Below are positions 9,542 through 19,075 of a DNA stretch of 64,000 bases, piece by piece. The notes under the pieces are model-generated. The model was given only the letters and a program-made list of their open reading frames with translations. It searched no databases and was not told where the DNA came from. The stretch's first letter is position 1; every line of letters starts with the position of its first letter. The stretch comes from Armatimonadota bacterium (GTDB lineage: Bacteria > Armatimonadota > SYMT01): contig JBKBRF010000007.1 in NCBI GenBank assembly GCA_046292385.1, positions 48,728 through 112,727 of the forward strand. The letters run 5' to 3'. The position numbers and the translations under genes are program-made.

Positions 9542-11014
9542 TCAGGTTCCCTTCGCGTCCTTCGCGGAGACTTCGCGCCTTCGCGTTCGTTCGGGATCAG
9601 CACTCCGGATCGCGCGTCCGTTTCCCGGCCCGGGGACCAGCTTTCCGTCCCGCACGGCGAAGCGACCGTTGACCAGCACGTGCCGGACACCGCGGCTGTA
9701 CTGGCGGGCGTTCTGGAAGGTGGCCTGGTCCAGCACGGTGCGGGGGTCGAAGACGGTCACGTCGGCGTCCATGCCGGGAGAGAGGCGGCCCTTCCGCTTG
9801 AGCGCCGGGGCGCCCGGCTCGATCCGCTGCACCGGCTGCACCGTCATCTTGCGGAGAGCGGTCGCGAGCGGCAGCACCTTCCGCTCGCGGACGTAGCGGC
9901 CGAGCACGCGGGAGAAGGTGCCGGCCCCGCGCGGGTGACTCACCTCGCCCTCGCCGATCCAGCCGTCGCTGGCGACGGAGACGGCGGGATGACGCAGCGC
10001 CAGCTCGATCTCCGCTTCCGGAATCTGGTGGCAGGCGACGAAGCCGCCCATCTCCCGGAAGCGGGGGAAGCTCTGCTCCGTGACGCGCTCGCCGGTGGCG
10101 ACCCAGACGAGGTCGTCGTAGCCGAGCAGGTACTTCTCCTGCCAGCCCGGGTCGAAGATGGCGCTCTGGATGCGCGTCATCCAGGCGTCGTACGGATAGA
10201 TGTCGGCGGCGAGGTCGATCTTGCGGGCGCGGGCGCGGTCGAGCAGCGCCAGCGCCTCCTTTTGCCGGCGGATCGCCATGCTCCCGATGTGGGCCACCTG
10301 CACCCGCGCGCCGGTGAGCGCGCCGGCGGCGATCAGCTCGTTGATCCCCTGGAACGGGTCGAGCAGGTGGGGCAGCCGGATGTGGGAGTGGACGCCGGTC
10401 CGGTGCCGCGCCGCCACCTCCGCCAGCGCGGTCACCTCCTGCCCACTGGTGCCGGGGATGTACTCCACCCCGAAGCCGACACCCAGCGCGCCCTCCCGGT
10501 GAGCGGTTTCCGCCAGGCGGGCCATGCGCGCGGTCTGCTCCGGCGTGGCGGGCGCGCCGCGGTCCGCCGCTCCCACCGCTTCCCGCAGCGAGCCGTGTCC
10601 CACCACGGTGCCGAAGTGGACCAGCGGCCGGCGGCGCGCCTGCTCCGCCAGCCAGTCCGCCACCTTTACCGGACCTCCGTGCGTGGAGAGCACGGTCGTG
10701 ACGCCGTCCATCACCTTGTAGGCGTCCCCCTCCGGATGAGTGCTGGAGAGGATGTCGACGAATCCCGGCGCGACCACCAGGCCGCGCGCGTCGACTCGGA
10801 CCCGTCCCCGCAGCCCGCGGCCGGAGGTCGTCTCCACGCGGCCGCCGCGGATGCCGATGTCGGCGGTACGATCGGTCCCGCTCGCCGGATCGATCACTCG
10901 CCCGCCGGAGAGCACCACGTCGTAGACCGGTCCGCCGGCCTGCCCGGAGGCGGATCCGGCGCCGAGGACCAGCGCCGCGCCGAGCGCAGCTAGCAAACGC
11001 ACAGAGGGCTGCAC
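9542..11014 (-). CDS. Secreted amidohydrolase (D-aminoacylase/dihydroorotase-like)
   Basis: DVVLSGGRVIDP, DARGLVVAPGFVD, SHPRGAGTFSRVLG and KGRLSPGMDADVTVFDP motifs. Start codon uncertain (GTG 11014 or 11002). Confidence 0.85.
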   Translation of the reverse strand: MQPSVRLLAALGAALVLGAGSASGQAGGPVYDVVLSGGRVIDPASGTDRTADIGIRGGRVETTSGRGLRGRVRVDARGLVVAPGFVDILSSTHPEGDAYKVMDGVTTVLSTHGGPVKVADWLAEQARRRPLVHFGTVVGHGSLREAVGAADRGAPATPEQTARMARLAETAHREGALGVGFGVEYIPGTSGQEVTALAEVAARHRTGVHSHIRLPHLLDPFQGINELIAAGALTGARVQVAHIGSMAIRRQKEALALLDRARARKIDLAADIYPYDAWMTRIQSAIFDPGWQEKYLLGYDDLVWVATGERVTEQSFPRFREMGGFVACHQIPEAEIELALRHPAVSVASDGWIGEGEVSHPRGAGTFSRVLGRYVRERKVLPLATALRKMTVQPVQRIEPGAPALKRKGRLSPGMDADVTVFDPRTVLDQATFQNARQYSRGVRHVLVNGRFAVRDGKLVPGPGNGRAIRSADPERTRRREVSAKDAKGT

Positions 11015-11367
11015 TTTCTGGCGCTGGCTCGCATTTGGGAGTCGGCGCCCGCGTCTGCGGACGAGGCGGCAGCAAGCAGCGAGCATTTCGGGATGGCCCT
11101 CCGGAGCGCGGGCAGCGACTGGGCGGGAGCAGCCGCCTCGTCGTTCGTATTCTACGCGCGGCGGAGGCACGCTGTTCAGTGGCAAGCGGATCCACTGCCG
11201 GGCGAGCGGGCGCTGAAGGTGTGATCGGACAGGGGTTTGGAGTGTAAGGCCTTCGGGGATAAGGGGTTGGAGCCGGGACGGCAGCCGACGCGTGCGTGCC
11301 GCTGCCCGGTCGAGTTTACGCCCATCAATGCCGGCCTGCCCGGCCTGTCAGTTAGGAACAGCTTCTC

Positions 11368-12711
11368 ATGGTAGTCGATCAGTACGCGGGCGCGCCGCGA
11401 ACCGGAGAGCACGAACGGCTGCGCCACAAGATCGCCACGCGCGAGGCGGAGATCTGCGTGGTAGGCCTGGGCTACGTGGGGCTGCCGCTGGCCGTGGCGC
11501 TGGCGGAGGCGGGATTCCGCGTGCGCGGCCTCGACGTGGCGGCGGATAAGGTCCAGGAGCTCCGGGAAGGCCGCTCCTACATTCTCGACGTGCCGAGCGA
11601 CTCGGTGGCGGCGCAGACGGAGGCGGGACGCTTCCGCGCGGAGACCGACGCCGCCTACGCGGTGCGCGGCGCGGACGTGATGATCATCACCGTCCCCACC
11701 CCCTACACTTCCAGCAAGCAGCCCGACCTGCGCTACGTGATGCACGCCTCCGAGACGATCCGGATGCACCTGCAGCCGGGAGCGCTGGTGGTCCTGGAGA
11801 GCACCACCTATCCGGGCACCACGGAGGAGATCGTGCAGCCGCGGCTGGAGGAGACCGGCCTGGTCTGCGGGCAGGACTTCCTCCTCGCCTACTCGCCGGA
11901 GCGGATCGAGCCGGGCAACCGGCGCTTCGGGCTGAAGAACACGCCGAAGATCGTCGGCGGCGTCACGCCGGAGGCGACCGAGCTGGCGGGAATGGTCTAC
12001 GGCTCGATCATCGAGCAGATCGTGCCGGTGGAGAACCCGCGCGTGGCGGAGATGGCGAAGCTGCTGGAGAACACCTTCCGGCACGTGAACATTGCGCTGG
12101 CGAACGAGATGGCGATCCTCTGCCGGGAGATGGACATCAACATCTGGCAGGTGATCGACGCCGCCGCCACCAAGCCGTTCGGCTTCATGCCGTTCTACCC
12201 GGGCCCCGGCGTGGGCGGGCACTGCATCCCGATCGATCCCTACTACTTCGCCTGGAAAGTGCAGGAGTTCCAGGGGTACGCCCGCTTCATCGAGCTGGCC
12301 GGGCAGGTGAACGACCAGATGCCGGAGATCGTGGCGCGGCGGGTGCAGGACGCGCTGAACGACCACGGCAAGAGCCTGAAAGGCGCCCGCGTGCTGGTGC
12401 TCGGCGCGGCGTATAAGAAAGACATCGACGACGTCCGGGAATCGCCCGCGCTGCACGTGATTGAGCGGCTCCACAAAAAGGGCGCCGAGGTGAGCTACCA
12501 CGACGACTACGTCGCCTCCCTCCGCACCGCCGCGGGAGAGCTGCGCTCCGTGCCGTTCAGCCCGGAGGTGCTCCGGGCGGCGGATGCGGTGGTGATCGTG
12601 ACCGACCACACCAACATCCCGTACGGCGAGGTGCTGCGGCACGCCGCGCTGGTGATCGACACCCGCAACGCGATGCGCGGCTACCGGGATCCGAAGATCG
12701 TCCGGTTGTAA
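11368..12711 (+). CDS. Nucleotide-sugar dehydrogenase (UDP-GlcNAc/UDP-ManNAc 6-dehydrogenase family)
   Basis: GLGYVGLP, ESTTYPGTT, SPERIEPG, GPGVGGHCIPIDP and YKKDIDDVRESP motifs. Confidence 0.95.
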   Translation: MVVDQYAGAPRTGEHERLRHKIATREAEICVVGLGYVGLPLAVALAEAGFRVRGLDVAADKVQELREGRSYILDVPSDSVAAQTEAGRFRAETDAAYAVRGADVMIITVPTPYTSSKQPDLRYVMHASETIRMHLQPGALVVLESTTYPGTTEEIVQPRLEETGLVCGQDFLLAYSPERIEPGNRRFGLKNTPKIVGGVTPEATELAGMVYGSIIEQIVPVENPRVAEMAKLLENTFRHVNIALANEMAILCREMDINIWQVIDAAATKPFGFMPFYPGPGVGGHCIPIDPYYFAWKVQEFQGYARFIELAGQVNDQMPEIVARRVQDALNDHGKSLKGARVLVLGAAYKKDIDDVRESPALHVIERLHKKGAEVSYHDDYVASLRTAAGELRSVPFSPEVLRAADAVVIVTDHTNIPYGEVLRHAALVIDTRNAMRGYRDPKIVRL

Positions 12712-13034
12712 AGACCACTGCCGGCGAGGAAGTGGGCAGGGGGCAGGTTCGCGGCCAGGCACAAAGCTGGATTCGGAGCCGGCAACCTGGAACCTGACGG
12801 CCCGCCGGGCAAGTCAAAGTGAGAAGGGTGAGGCAGATCGAGGGCCGGGAGCAGCCGTCAGCGGCGCTCCCGGCCCTCGCGTTCCGGCGCCGGGTCCGGC
12901 CGCAGCCTGCCCGCTTGGCGGAGCGTCCCGTAGATCGCCGCGGGGCAGCCCGGCCGCATACGGAGGCAGCGCTCCACACGGGTGGAGAAGCGGCTGGCCG
13001 AGTGGAGAGGCTCCTGGGCAGGCAGAGGCGGCTC

Positions 13035-13502
13035 CTACTCGTAGTTGCCGTAGAAGGTCACCTCGATCCGGCGGACCTCTGCCGGGATGCCGGAGAGCTT
13101 GCGGACCCAGTTGCCGGAGCGGCTGTCGCCGAAGTAGATGCCTTCCTTCTCCAGGCCGGCGAAGTCGCGGGAGTAGAGCACCTGGTCGTCGCCGCTGTAG
13201 CCGCGCACTTCCACCCGCTCTCCCAGCAGCGCGAACGAGACCTGCCCGCGGCGAACGGTCCGCGAGACCCTCACGGTCAGGCTGCCGGCGCTCCGGGTGC
13301 GGCGCAGCCGCAGGCGCGCCTCGGCGTCGCCGCCGCCGAACGACTGGTCGTACAGCTCGTAGACCAGCCCGCGGCGCTCTCCCAGGGAATCGAGCGAGTA
13401 CCGCTCCAGGACCGGCAGCTCTTCCGCTGCCGGCGCGGCGGAAACGACCAGGGCGACGAGTACGAGACCAAGACGGAGGGTGCGAGAGACGAGTGAAGAC
13501 AT
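13035..13502 (-). CDS. Secreted hypothetical protein
   Basis: Signal peptide, host-like codon usage, beta-rich mature part. Confidence 0.7.
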   Translation of the reverse strand: MSSLVSRTLRLGLVLVALVVSAAPAAEELPVLERYSLDSLGERRGLVYELYDQSFGGGDAEARLRLRRTRSAGSLTVRVSRTVRRGQVSFALLGERVEVRGYSGDDQVLYSRDFAGLEKEGIYFGDSRSGNWVRKLSGIPAEVRRIEVTFYGNYE

Positions 13503-13580
13503 CGGAGCGACTCCGGAATGAGTTCGACTGCTCGTTAGACTCGGCCGAGGCGGAAGTTGATGCGGAGCTTTCGAGCCGGG

Positions 13581-14444
13581 CTACTTCTTGCGCCGGAGGT
13601 GCTGGCCCAGGAACTCCAGCGTGGCGGCGTCGGCCTGGCGGGCGTGCGGAGAGTCGGCGGGCCAGCCGTGCCCGGCACCCTCCAGGATCAGGAGCTTGCT
13701 CTCCACGCCTTTCCCGCGGAGCGCGTCGTGGAGCAGGTGCGACTGCTCCTCCGGGTTCACCGTGTCGGCGTCGCCGTGGATGATCAGGAACGGCGGGGCC
13801 TCGCGGGTGACCATGCTCGCGGGCGAGGTGATCCGGTAGATCTCCTTCCGCTCTTCCGGCGAGCCGCCGAGCCAGGCGGTGAGGGGCCGGTGCGCCATCT
13901 CGATCTTCCACATCCGCACCAGCTCGTGCGCGCCGTAGAGGGCGACCACCGCCTCCGGCCGGCTGCGGAACCGCGCCAGCTCGCGGTCGCTGTTGTCCCG
14001 CGCCTTCCGCACCCCGATCAGGGCCGCCAGGTGCGCCCCCGCGGAGGCGCCCATCGCCGCCACCCGCCGCGGATCGATGCCGTAGTCCCCCGCGTGCGCC
14101 CGCACCCAGCGCACCGCCCGCTGGCAGTCGTCGAAGGCGGCCGGGTAGGGGAACTGCGGCGCCAGCCGGTAGCCGACCGCGCACGCCGCATAGCCGTTTC
14201 GCGCCAGCCAGAGGCCGGTCTCCCGGTAGCCCGACTTGTTCCCGCCGATCCACCCGCCGCCGTGGATGAGCAGCACCGCCGGGTGCGGCCCCGTCCCTTC
14301 CGGGCGGTAGATGTCCATCAGCAGCCGGTAGCCGTCCGGCTCCCCGTAGAGGACGTCCTGCTCCACGCGCGGCTCGGCGGCGCGGGCACCGAGGGCGGAG
14401 AGGGCGAGAGCGGCGGGGGTAAGGAGGAGGGTGCGGCGGTTCAT
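13581..14444 (-). CDS. Alpha/beta hydrolase (HSL/BD-FAE-like esterase), secreted
   Basis: MNRR signal peptide; HGGGW, GASAG, HGDAD and GAGHG motifs. Confidence 0.9.
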   Translation of the reverse strand: MNRRTLLLTPAALALSALGARAAEPRVEQDVLYGEPDGYRLLMDIYRPEGTGPHPAVLLIHGGGWIGGNKSGYRETGLWLARNGYAACAVGYRLAPQFPYPAAFDDCQRAVRWVRAHAGDYGIDPRRVAAMGASAGAHLAALIGVRKARDNSDRELARFRSRPEAVVALYGAHELVRMWKIEMAHRPLTAWLGGSPEERKEIYRITSPASMVTREAPPFLIIHGDADTVNPEEQSHLLHDALRGKGVESKLLILEGAGHGWPADSPHARQADAATLEFLGQHLRRKK

Positions 14445-14523
14445 ACCTGTTGTTTCCCGCCGGAGCGAGAGATCTCCTCGCCAGCTCGGCAGCCAAATAC
14501 CGATGACGTCTGGAGGCGCAGCC

Positions 14524-14908
14524 GTAGGCTGGGCTGGAGGACGGCGACTGTGACCCCCCTGGGAGCCAGGGGGGGTAGCTCGAAGGCTCCGGATCCAGCC
14601 CGTGAACCTCACCTTGGGTGCGATGGAGCGCGGTGGCGCGGGAAGAGGTTCTCGGAGCGACCCCCGCAGCGGTCTGCTAACGGAGCGAAGCGGAGTGTGA
14701 AAAGACCGCGGAGGGCCTGCGTCGCGGGAGGGCTGGATCCGGAGACAAGGGCTCGGGGTCGAACCCCGGGACCGACGCTGCTGCCCGGCAGGCCGCAGAA
14801 GCCGCGGCAACGCGACCGATGTCGGTCCTCGGTGCCAACACGGCTCGGCGATCCGCAGACAGGCTCATCCGGGCTGAACACCCACTCTTTCACCGCACTC
14901 AGCCCTAC
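14524..14908. other. Highly structured intergenic element (candidate ncRNA or non-autonomous mobile element)
   Basis: Perfect 15-bp inverted repeat 14587-14601/14730-14744 enclosing nested stems, further hairpins, and GTAG...CTAC ends. Confidence 0.5.
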
Positions 14909-15011
14909 CGCCGTGCTCCGCTGATCCTCCGCGTAGGAAGGCTGAACGACCCCGGGGCGCGAACTCAGCCTGGCCGGGATTTCCACCGCACGCCGACGCC
15001 CGAGGATAGCC

Positions 15012-17573
15012 ATGTCCAGCCGCCACTCCCTCTCCCGCCGGGAAGCCGTCCAGGCGCTCGCCGCCCTCGCGTCCGCTCCCGCCGCGGCGTTTGTCCCCGC
15101 CGCCGTAGAGGCCGCTCCGGGCGGGAAGGACGACGCGCGCGAGCGGCTGTTCGACGAGGGCTGGCGCTTCCATCGCGGCGATGCCCCCGGCGCGGAGGCG
15201 GCGGGCTTCCCCGACGCGGAGTGGCGCACGGTCTCGCTGCCGCACGACTGGAGCATCGAAGACCTCCCGCCGCAGCCGCGCGAGACGACCGGCGAAGGAT
15301 CGCTCTGGGAGAACGCGAGCCCTCCCCCGCGTGTCGGGCCGTTCGACCGCGACCGCAGCGAGGGGAAAGGCTCCACCGGCTGGGTGGTCGGCGGCACCGG
15401 CTGGTACCGGAAGCGGTTCACCGCGCCCGCGGGCCGGCAGGTGGAGGTCCGGTTCGACGGCGCCTACATGAACGCCGACGTCTGGATCAACGGGCACCAC
15501 CTCGGCTTTCACCCCTACGGCTACACCGGCTTTGCCTACGACCTGACGCCGCACCTGCGCCCGGGAAGCGAGAACGTGCTGGCGGTCCGCGTCCGCAACG
15601 AGGGGCAGAACAGCCGCTGGTACTCCGGCTCCGGCCTCTACCGCCACGTCTGGCTCACCGTCACCGGCGAGGTCCGCGTGCCGCTTTGGGGGGTCTTCGT
15701 CACGACGCCGGAGGTCGCGCGGGGGGCCGCCACCGCGAGGGTCGCGGTCCAAGTTGAGAACCGCGGGCGGGAAGAGCGAGAGGTGCAGGTGCGGGTCCGG
15801 CTGCTCGGTCCCGACGGGCGCGGGGCCGGCACCGGGGAAGTCACGCAGCCGGTGCCGGCCGGCGGGGAGGGCCGCGCGGAGCTGCTGCTTTCGGTCGCCG
15901 CGCCGAAACTCTGGTCGCCCGACTCGCCCCACCTCTACCGCGCCGAGGTGGAGCTCCGGGTCGGCGGGAAGACGGTCGACCGCGTCACCACCCCGTTCGG
16001 CATCCGCCGGATCGAAGTGGACGCCGCGCGCGGGCTGCGCCTCAACGGCGAGCCGCTCCTGCTCCGCGGCGGCTGCCTGCACCATGACAACGGGGTGCTC
16101 GGCGCCGCCGCGATCGACCGGGCCGAGGAGCGACGGGTCGAGCTGATGAAGGCGAACGGGTTCAACGCGATCCGCTGCAGCCACAACCCGCCTTCCTCGG
16201 AGCTCCTGGACGCGTGCGACCGCCTCGGGATCCTGGTGATCGACGAGGCGTTCGACCAGTGGGAGCTCCCGAAGAAGCCGCAGGACTACCACCGCTACTT
16301 CCGGGAGTGGGGCGAGCGCGACCTCGAGAGCATGGTGCTGCGCGACCGCAACCACCCGAGCGTCCTCTTCTGGAGCATCGGCAACGAGATCCCGGAGCGG
16401 GCCGATCCCGCCGGGGTGGAGACCGCGAAGCGCTTCGTCCAGGTGGTGCGGCGGCTCGACCCGACGCGGCCCGTCACCGCCGGGATCCCCACCTTCTTCG
16501 AGGGCGGGCGGCAGCGTCCGTGGACCGACAGCGACCTGGCGTTCCAGCACCTCGACGTGGCCGGCTACAACTACCTCTGGCAGCAGTACGAGCCGGACCA
16601 CGCGCGGCATCCGGAGCGGGTGATCCTGGGCACCGAGTCGTTCGCGCAGCACGCCTTCGAGAACTGGCAGCTCGTCCGGAAGCACCCGTACGTGATCGGC
16701 GACTTCGTCTGGACCGGGATGGACCACCTGGGCGAGTCGGGCATCGGCAACGCGCAGCTCGTCCCGGCAGCCCGGGAGCCGGCCGATCCCGCGGCGGAGT
16801 GGTCCGCCAGCTTCGCATTCGCGCTGCGGCCGTATCCGTGGTTCAACAACTACTGCGGGGATCTCGACCTGATCGGGGAGAAGAAGCCGCAGAGCTACTA
16901 CCGGGACGTGGTGTGGGGCCGGAGCCGGCTCGAGATGGCGGTGCAGCGCCCGGTGCCCTCCGGCCGCCGCGAGGTGCTGAGCCCCTGGGGCTGGTCGGAC
17001 GAGCTGCGGAGCTGGACCTGGCCGGGTCACGAGGGCCAGCCGCTTCAGGTGCGCGTCTACTCCACGGGAGACCAGGTGCACCTGCTGCTCAACGGAAGAG
17101 AGATCGGCGTCCAGCCCGTCTCCGAGGAGACGAAGCTCCGGGCCGAGTTCACGGTGCCGTACGCGCCGGGCGAGCTGCGGGCGGTGGCGATGCGGCAGGG
17201 GCAGCCGATCGCGGAGCTGACGTTCCGGACCGCCGGCCCACCCGCGAAGCTGCGGTTGAAGGCGGACCGGACGTCGATCCGCCGCGACCGGCGTGACCTC
17301 GCCTTCGTGACCGTCGAAGTGCTGGACAGCGAGGGGGAGCTGGTGCCGGACGCGGTGGTCCCGGTGGAGCTGCGGCTTCGCGGCCCCGGCCGGCTGGCGG
17401 GCGCCGGCAGCGCCAACCCGCGCGACGTCCGCAGCTTCCAGCAGCCGCGGGCGCGGACCTTCCACGGAAAATGCCTGGCCGTCATCCAGCCCACCGGCAC
17501 GGCCGGCGCGCTCCTGCTGCGCGCGGAGGCGGAGGGCCTCGCCTCCGCCGAAACGGTCATCCGCGTGCGGTGA
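15012..17573 (+). CDS. Glycoside hydrolase family 2 (beta-galactosidase-like), Tat-exported
   Basis: SRREAVQ Tat signal; LPHDWSIE, SRWYSGSGLYR, GGCLHHDNG, NAIRCSHNPP, RDRNHPSVLFWSIGNE and GDFVWTGMD motifs. Confidence 0.95.
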   Translation: MSSRHSLSRREAVQALAALASAPAAAFVPAAVEAAPGGKDDARERLFDEGWRFHRGDAPGAEAAGFPDAEWRTVSLPHDWSIEDLPPQPRETTGEGSLWENASPPPRVGPFDRDRSEGKGSTGWVVGGTGWYRKRFTAPAGRQVEVRFDGAYMNADVWINGHHLGFHPYGYTGFAYDLTPHLRPGSENVLAVRVRNEGQNSRWYSGSGLYRHVWLTVTGEVRVPLWGVFVTTPEVARGAATARVAVQVENRGREEREVQVRVRLLGPDGRGAGTGEVTQPVPAGGEGRAELLLSVAAPKLWSPDSPHLYRAEVELRVGGKTVDRVTTPFGIRRIEVDAARGLRLNGEPLLLRGGCLHHDNGVLGAAAIDRAEERRVELMKANGFNAIRCSHNPPSSELLDACDRLGILVIDEAFDQWELPKKPQDYHRYFREWGERDLESMVLRDRNHPSVLFWSIGNEIPERADPAGVETAKRFVQVVRRLDPTRPVTAGIPTFFEGGRQRPWTDSDLAFQHLDVAGYNYLWQQYEPDHARHPERVILGTESFAQHAFENWQLVRKHPYVIGDFVWTGMDHLGESGIGNAQLVPAAREPADPAAEWSASFAFALRPYPWFNNYCGDLDLIGEKKPQSYYRDVVWGRSRLEMAVQRPVPSGRREVLSPWGWSDELRSWTWPGHEGQPLQVRVYSTGDQVHLLLNGREIGVQPVSEETKLRAEFTVPYAPGELRAVAMRQGQPIAELTFRTAGPPAKLRLKADRTSIRRDRRDLAFVTVEVLDSEGELVPDAVVPVELRLRGPGRLAGAGSANPRDVRSFQQPRARTFHGKCLAVIQPTGTAGALLLRAEAEGLASAETVIRVR

Positions 17574-17589
17574 GGCTCCGTTTCCGGCG

Positions 17590-18966
17590 TTAGCTGCTCC
17601 GGCGGCGGTGAGGGAGCGCCGGGAAGCAGCGAGAGAGCCGCACCGCCGGCACGCAAAGCACCCCGAAGAGTGGACGCAGCCCCGCCGGGCAGAGGCGATG
17701 GAGGCGCGCCGGGGTGCGGTGCGTCTCCCGCACCTTCCAGACGAAGAGCGCGGCGCCGACCGCCGCCACGCACGCCATCACCCCGAAGGTCCAGGGCAGC
17801 CCCCACTGCTGCGCGATCCAGCCGCCGACCGCCGGGCCGGTGGCGGCGGCGATGCCGCTGGTGGCGGTCAGGCGCGCCTGCATCGCCCCACGCTCCGCCT
17901 CGCTGCAGAGGTCGCTGACGAAGGTGATCGCCACCGTCGCCATGATCCCGAAGTTGACCCCGTGGAGGAGCTGCACCCAGAGAACGCCCAGCGGGGAGCC
18001 GGCGACGACGTAGAGTGCCAGCCGGACCGGCATGGCGAGGAACGCCACCGCCAGCAGCGGGCGCCGGCCGAAGCGGTCGCAGATCCGCCCCGCCTGGGAC
18101 ATCACCAGCACCTCGCAGATCACCCCGGAGGCGAAGACCCCGGTAATCCAGAACGGCGTGGCGCCGAGCGAGCGCAGGTGGAGGCTGATGTACGCCGCGC
18201 AGCCGGCGTAGGCGAAGACGTAGAAGAAGTAGGCCCGCAGGAACTGGTCCAGGTTGCGGAGACCCACCTGCCGCGGTCCCGCCGGAAGCGCATCACTCTC
18301 GCCGCCTGTCGGCGCAGCCCTGCGCTTCGGGTCCGGCAGGAAGCCGATCAGCACGGCGACCAGCAAGAAGAGCAGCGGGCCGTAGAGGAAGATCGGCGCC
18401 ACCGCGGCCCGGCTCGCCAGCGCCTGCGCTCCCAGGGCGCGGCCGAGCACCCAGCCGGAGAGGAGCGAGACTACCACGTACCCCACCGAGCCCCAGATCC
18501 GGTACGCGGCGAAGGTCCCGGCGCGGGCCGACTTCGGCCCTTCCTGCGCGGCGAGGCGGCTGACCAGCACCGCGTTCGCGGTGTTCAGGTACATCACTCC
18601 GTTTACCCCGAGCGCCGTCAGCAGGACGAACGGGAGCAGCCCCTCCGCGGAGCGGTACGAGAGGTAGGCGGCGCCCGCCGTGAGCGCCGCGGCCAGCATC
18701 AGGGGCCGCCGGGCGTCGAGCCGGTCGGAGAGCCTCCCCAGGAGCGGCTGGATCAGCAGTGCCAGCCCCGTGCCGATCCCAGAGACCAGGCCGATCTCGC
18801 CCCGCGCCAGGCCGCTGAGCTCCAGGTAGAGCGGCACGAACGGCTCCAGAAAGCCGAACGCCGCTACGCTCAGGAACATGCTCAGCGCCAGCAGGCAGCG
18901 GCGCAGGACCGGAGTCCCGGTCCCCTGTTGGTCCTCGCCAGAGGTCTCCCCCGTCTCCCGCTGCAT
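17590..18966 (-). CDS. MFS transporter
   Basis: About 12 hydrophobic segments; GRLSDRLDARR and GRICDRFGRR MFS motif-A copies. Likely start is ATG 18966 within a longer ORF. Confidence 0.9.
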   Translation of the reverse strand: MQRETGETSGEDQQGTGTPVLRRCLLALSMFLSVAAFGFLEPFVPLYLELSGLARGEIGLVSGIGTGLALLIQPLLGRLSDRLDARRPLMLAAALTAGAAYLSYRSAEGLLPFVLLTALGVNGVMYLNTANAVLVSRLAAQEGPKSARAGTFAAYRIWGSVGYVVVSLLSGWVLGRALGAQALASRAAVAPIFLYGPLLFLLVAVLIGFLPDPKRRAAPTGGESDALPAGPRQVGLRNLDQFLRAYFFYVFAYAGCAAYISLHLRSLGATPFWITGVFASGVICEVLVMSQAGRICDRFGRRPLLAVAFLAMPVRLALYVVAGSPLGVLWVQLLHGVNFGIMATVAITFVSDLCSEAERGAMQARLTATSGIAAATGPAVGGWIAQQWGLPWTFGVMACVAAVGAALFVWKVRETHRTPARLHRLCPAGLRPLFGVLCVPAVRLSRCFPALPHRRRSS

Positions 18967-19075
18967 CTCCACCCCGACATTCCATCCCACCCGTGCCGCC
19001 GCATCCCAGTCTATCTTCGGGGAGAGTCCCCGCGACACCCAGGGTTGAAACTGGCCGTGGGGAGAGGCAAAGCGG

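Noticed and set aside
12857..12978. Short minus-strand ORF (VERCLRMRPGCPAAIYGTLRQAG...)
   Set aside because: About 39 codons, no clear RBS or recognisable motif; cannot be supported.
14750..14770. tRNA/tmRNA-like T-loop (GGTTCGA on the minus strand)
   Set aside because: No acceptor stem, D-arm, anticodon arm or CCA end around it.
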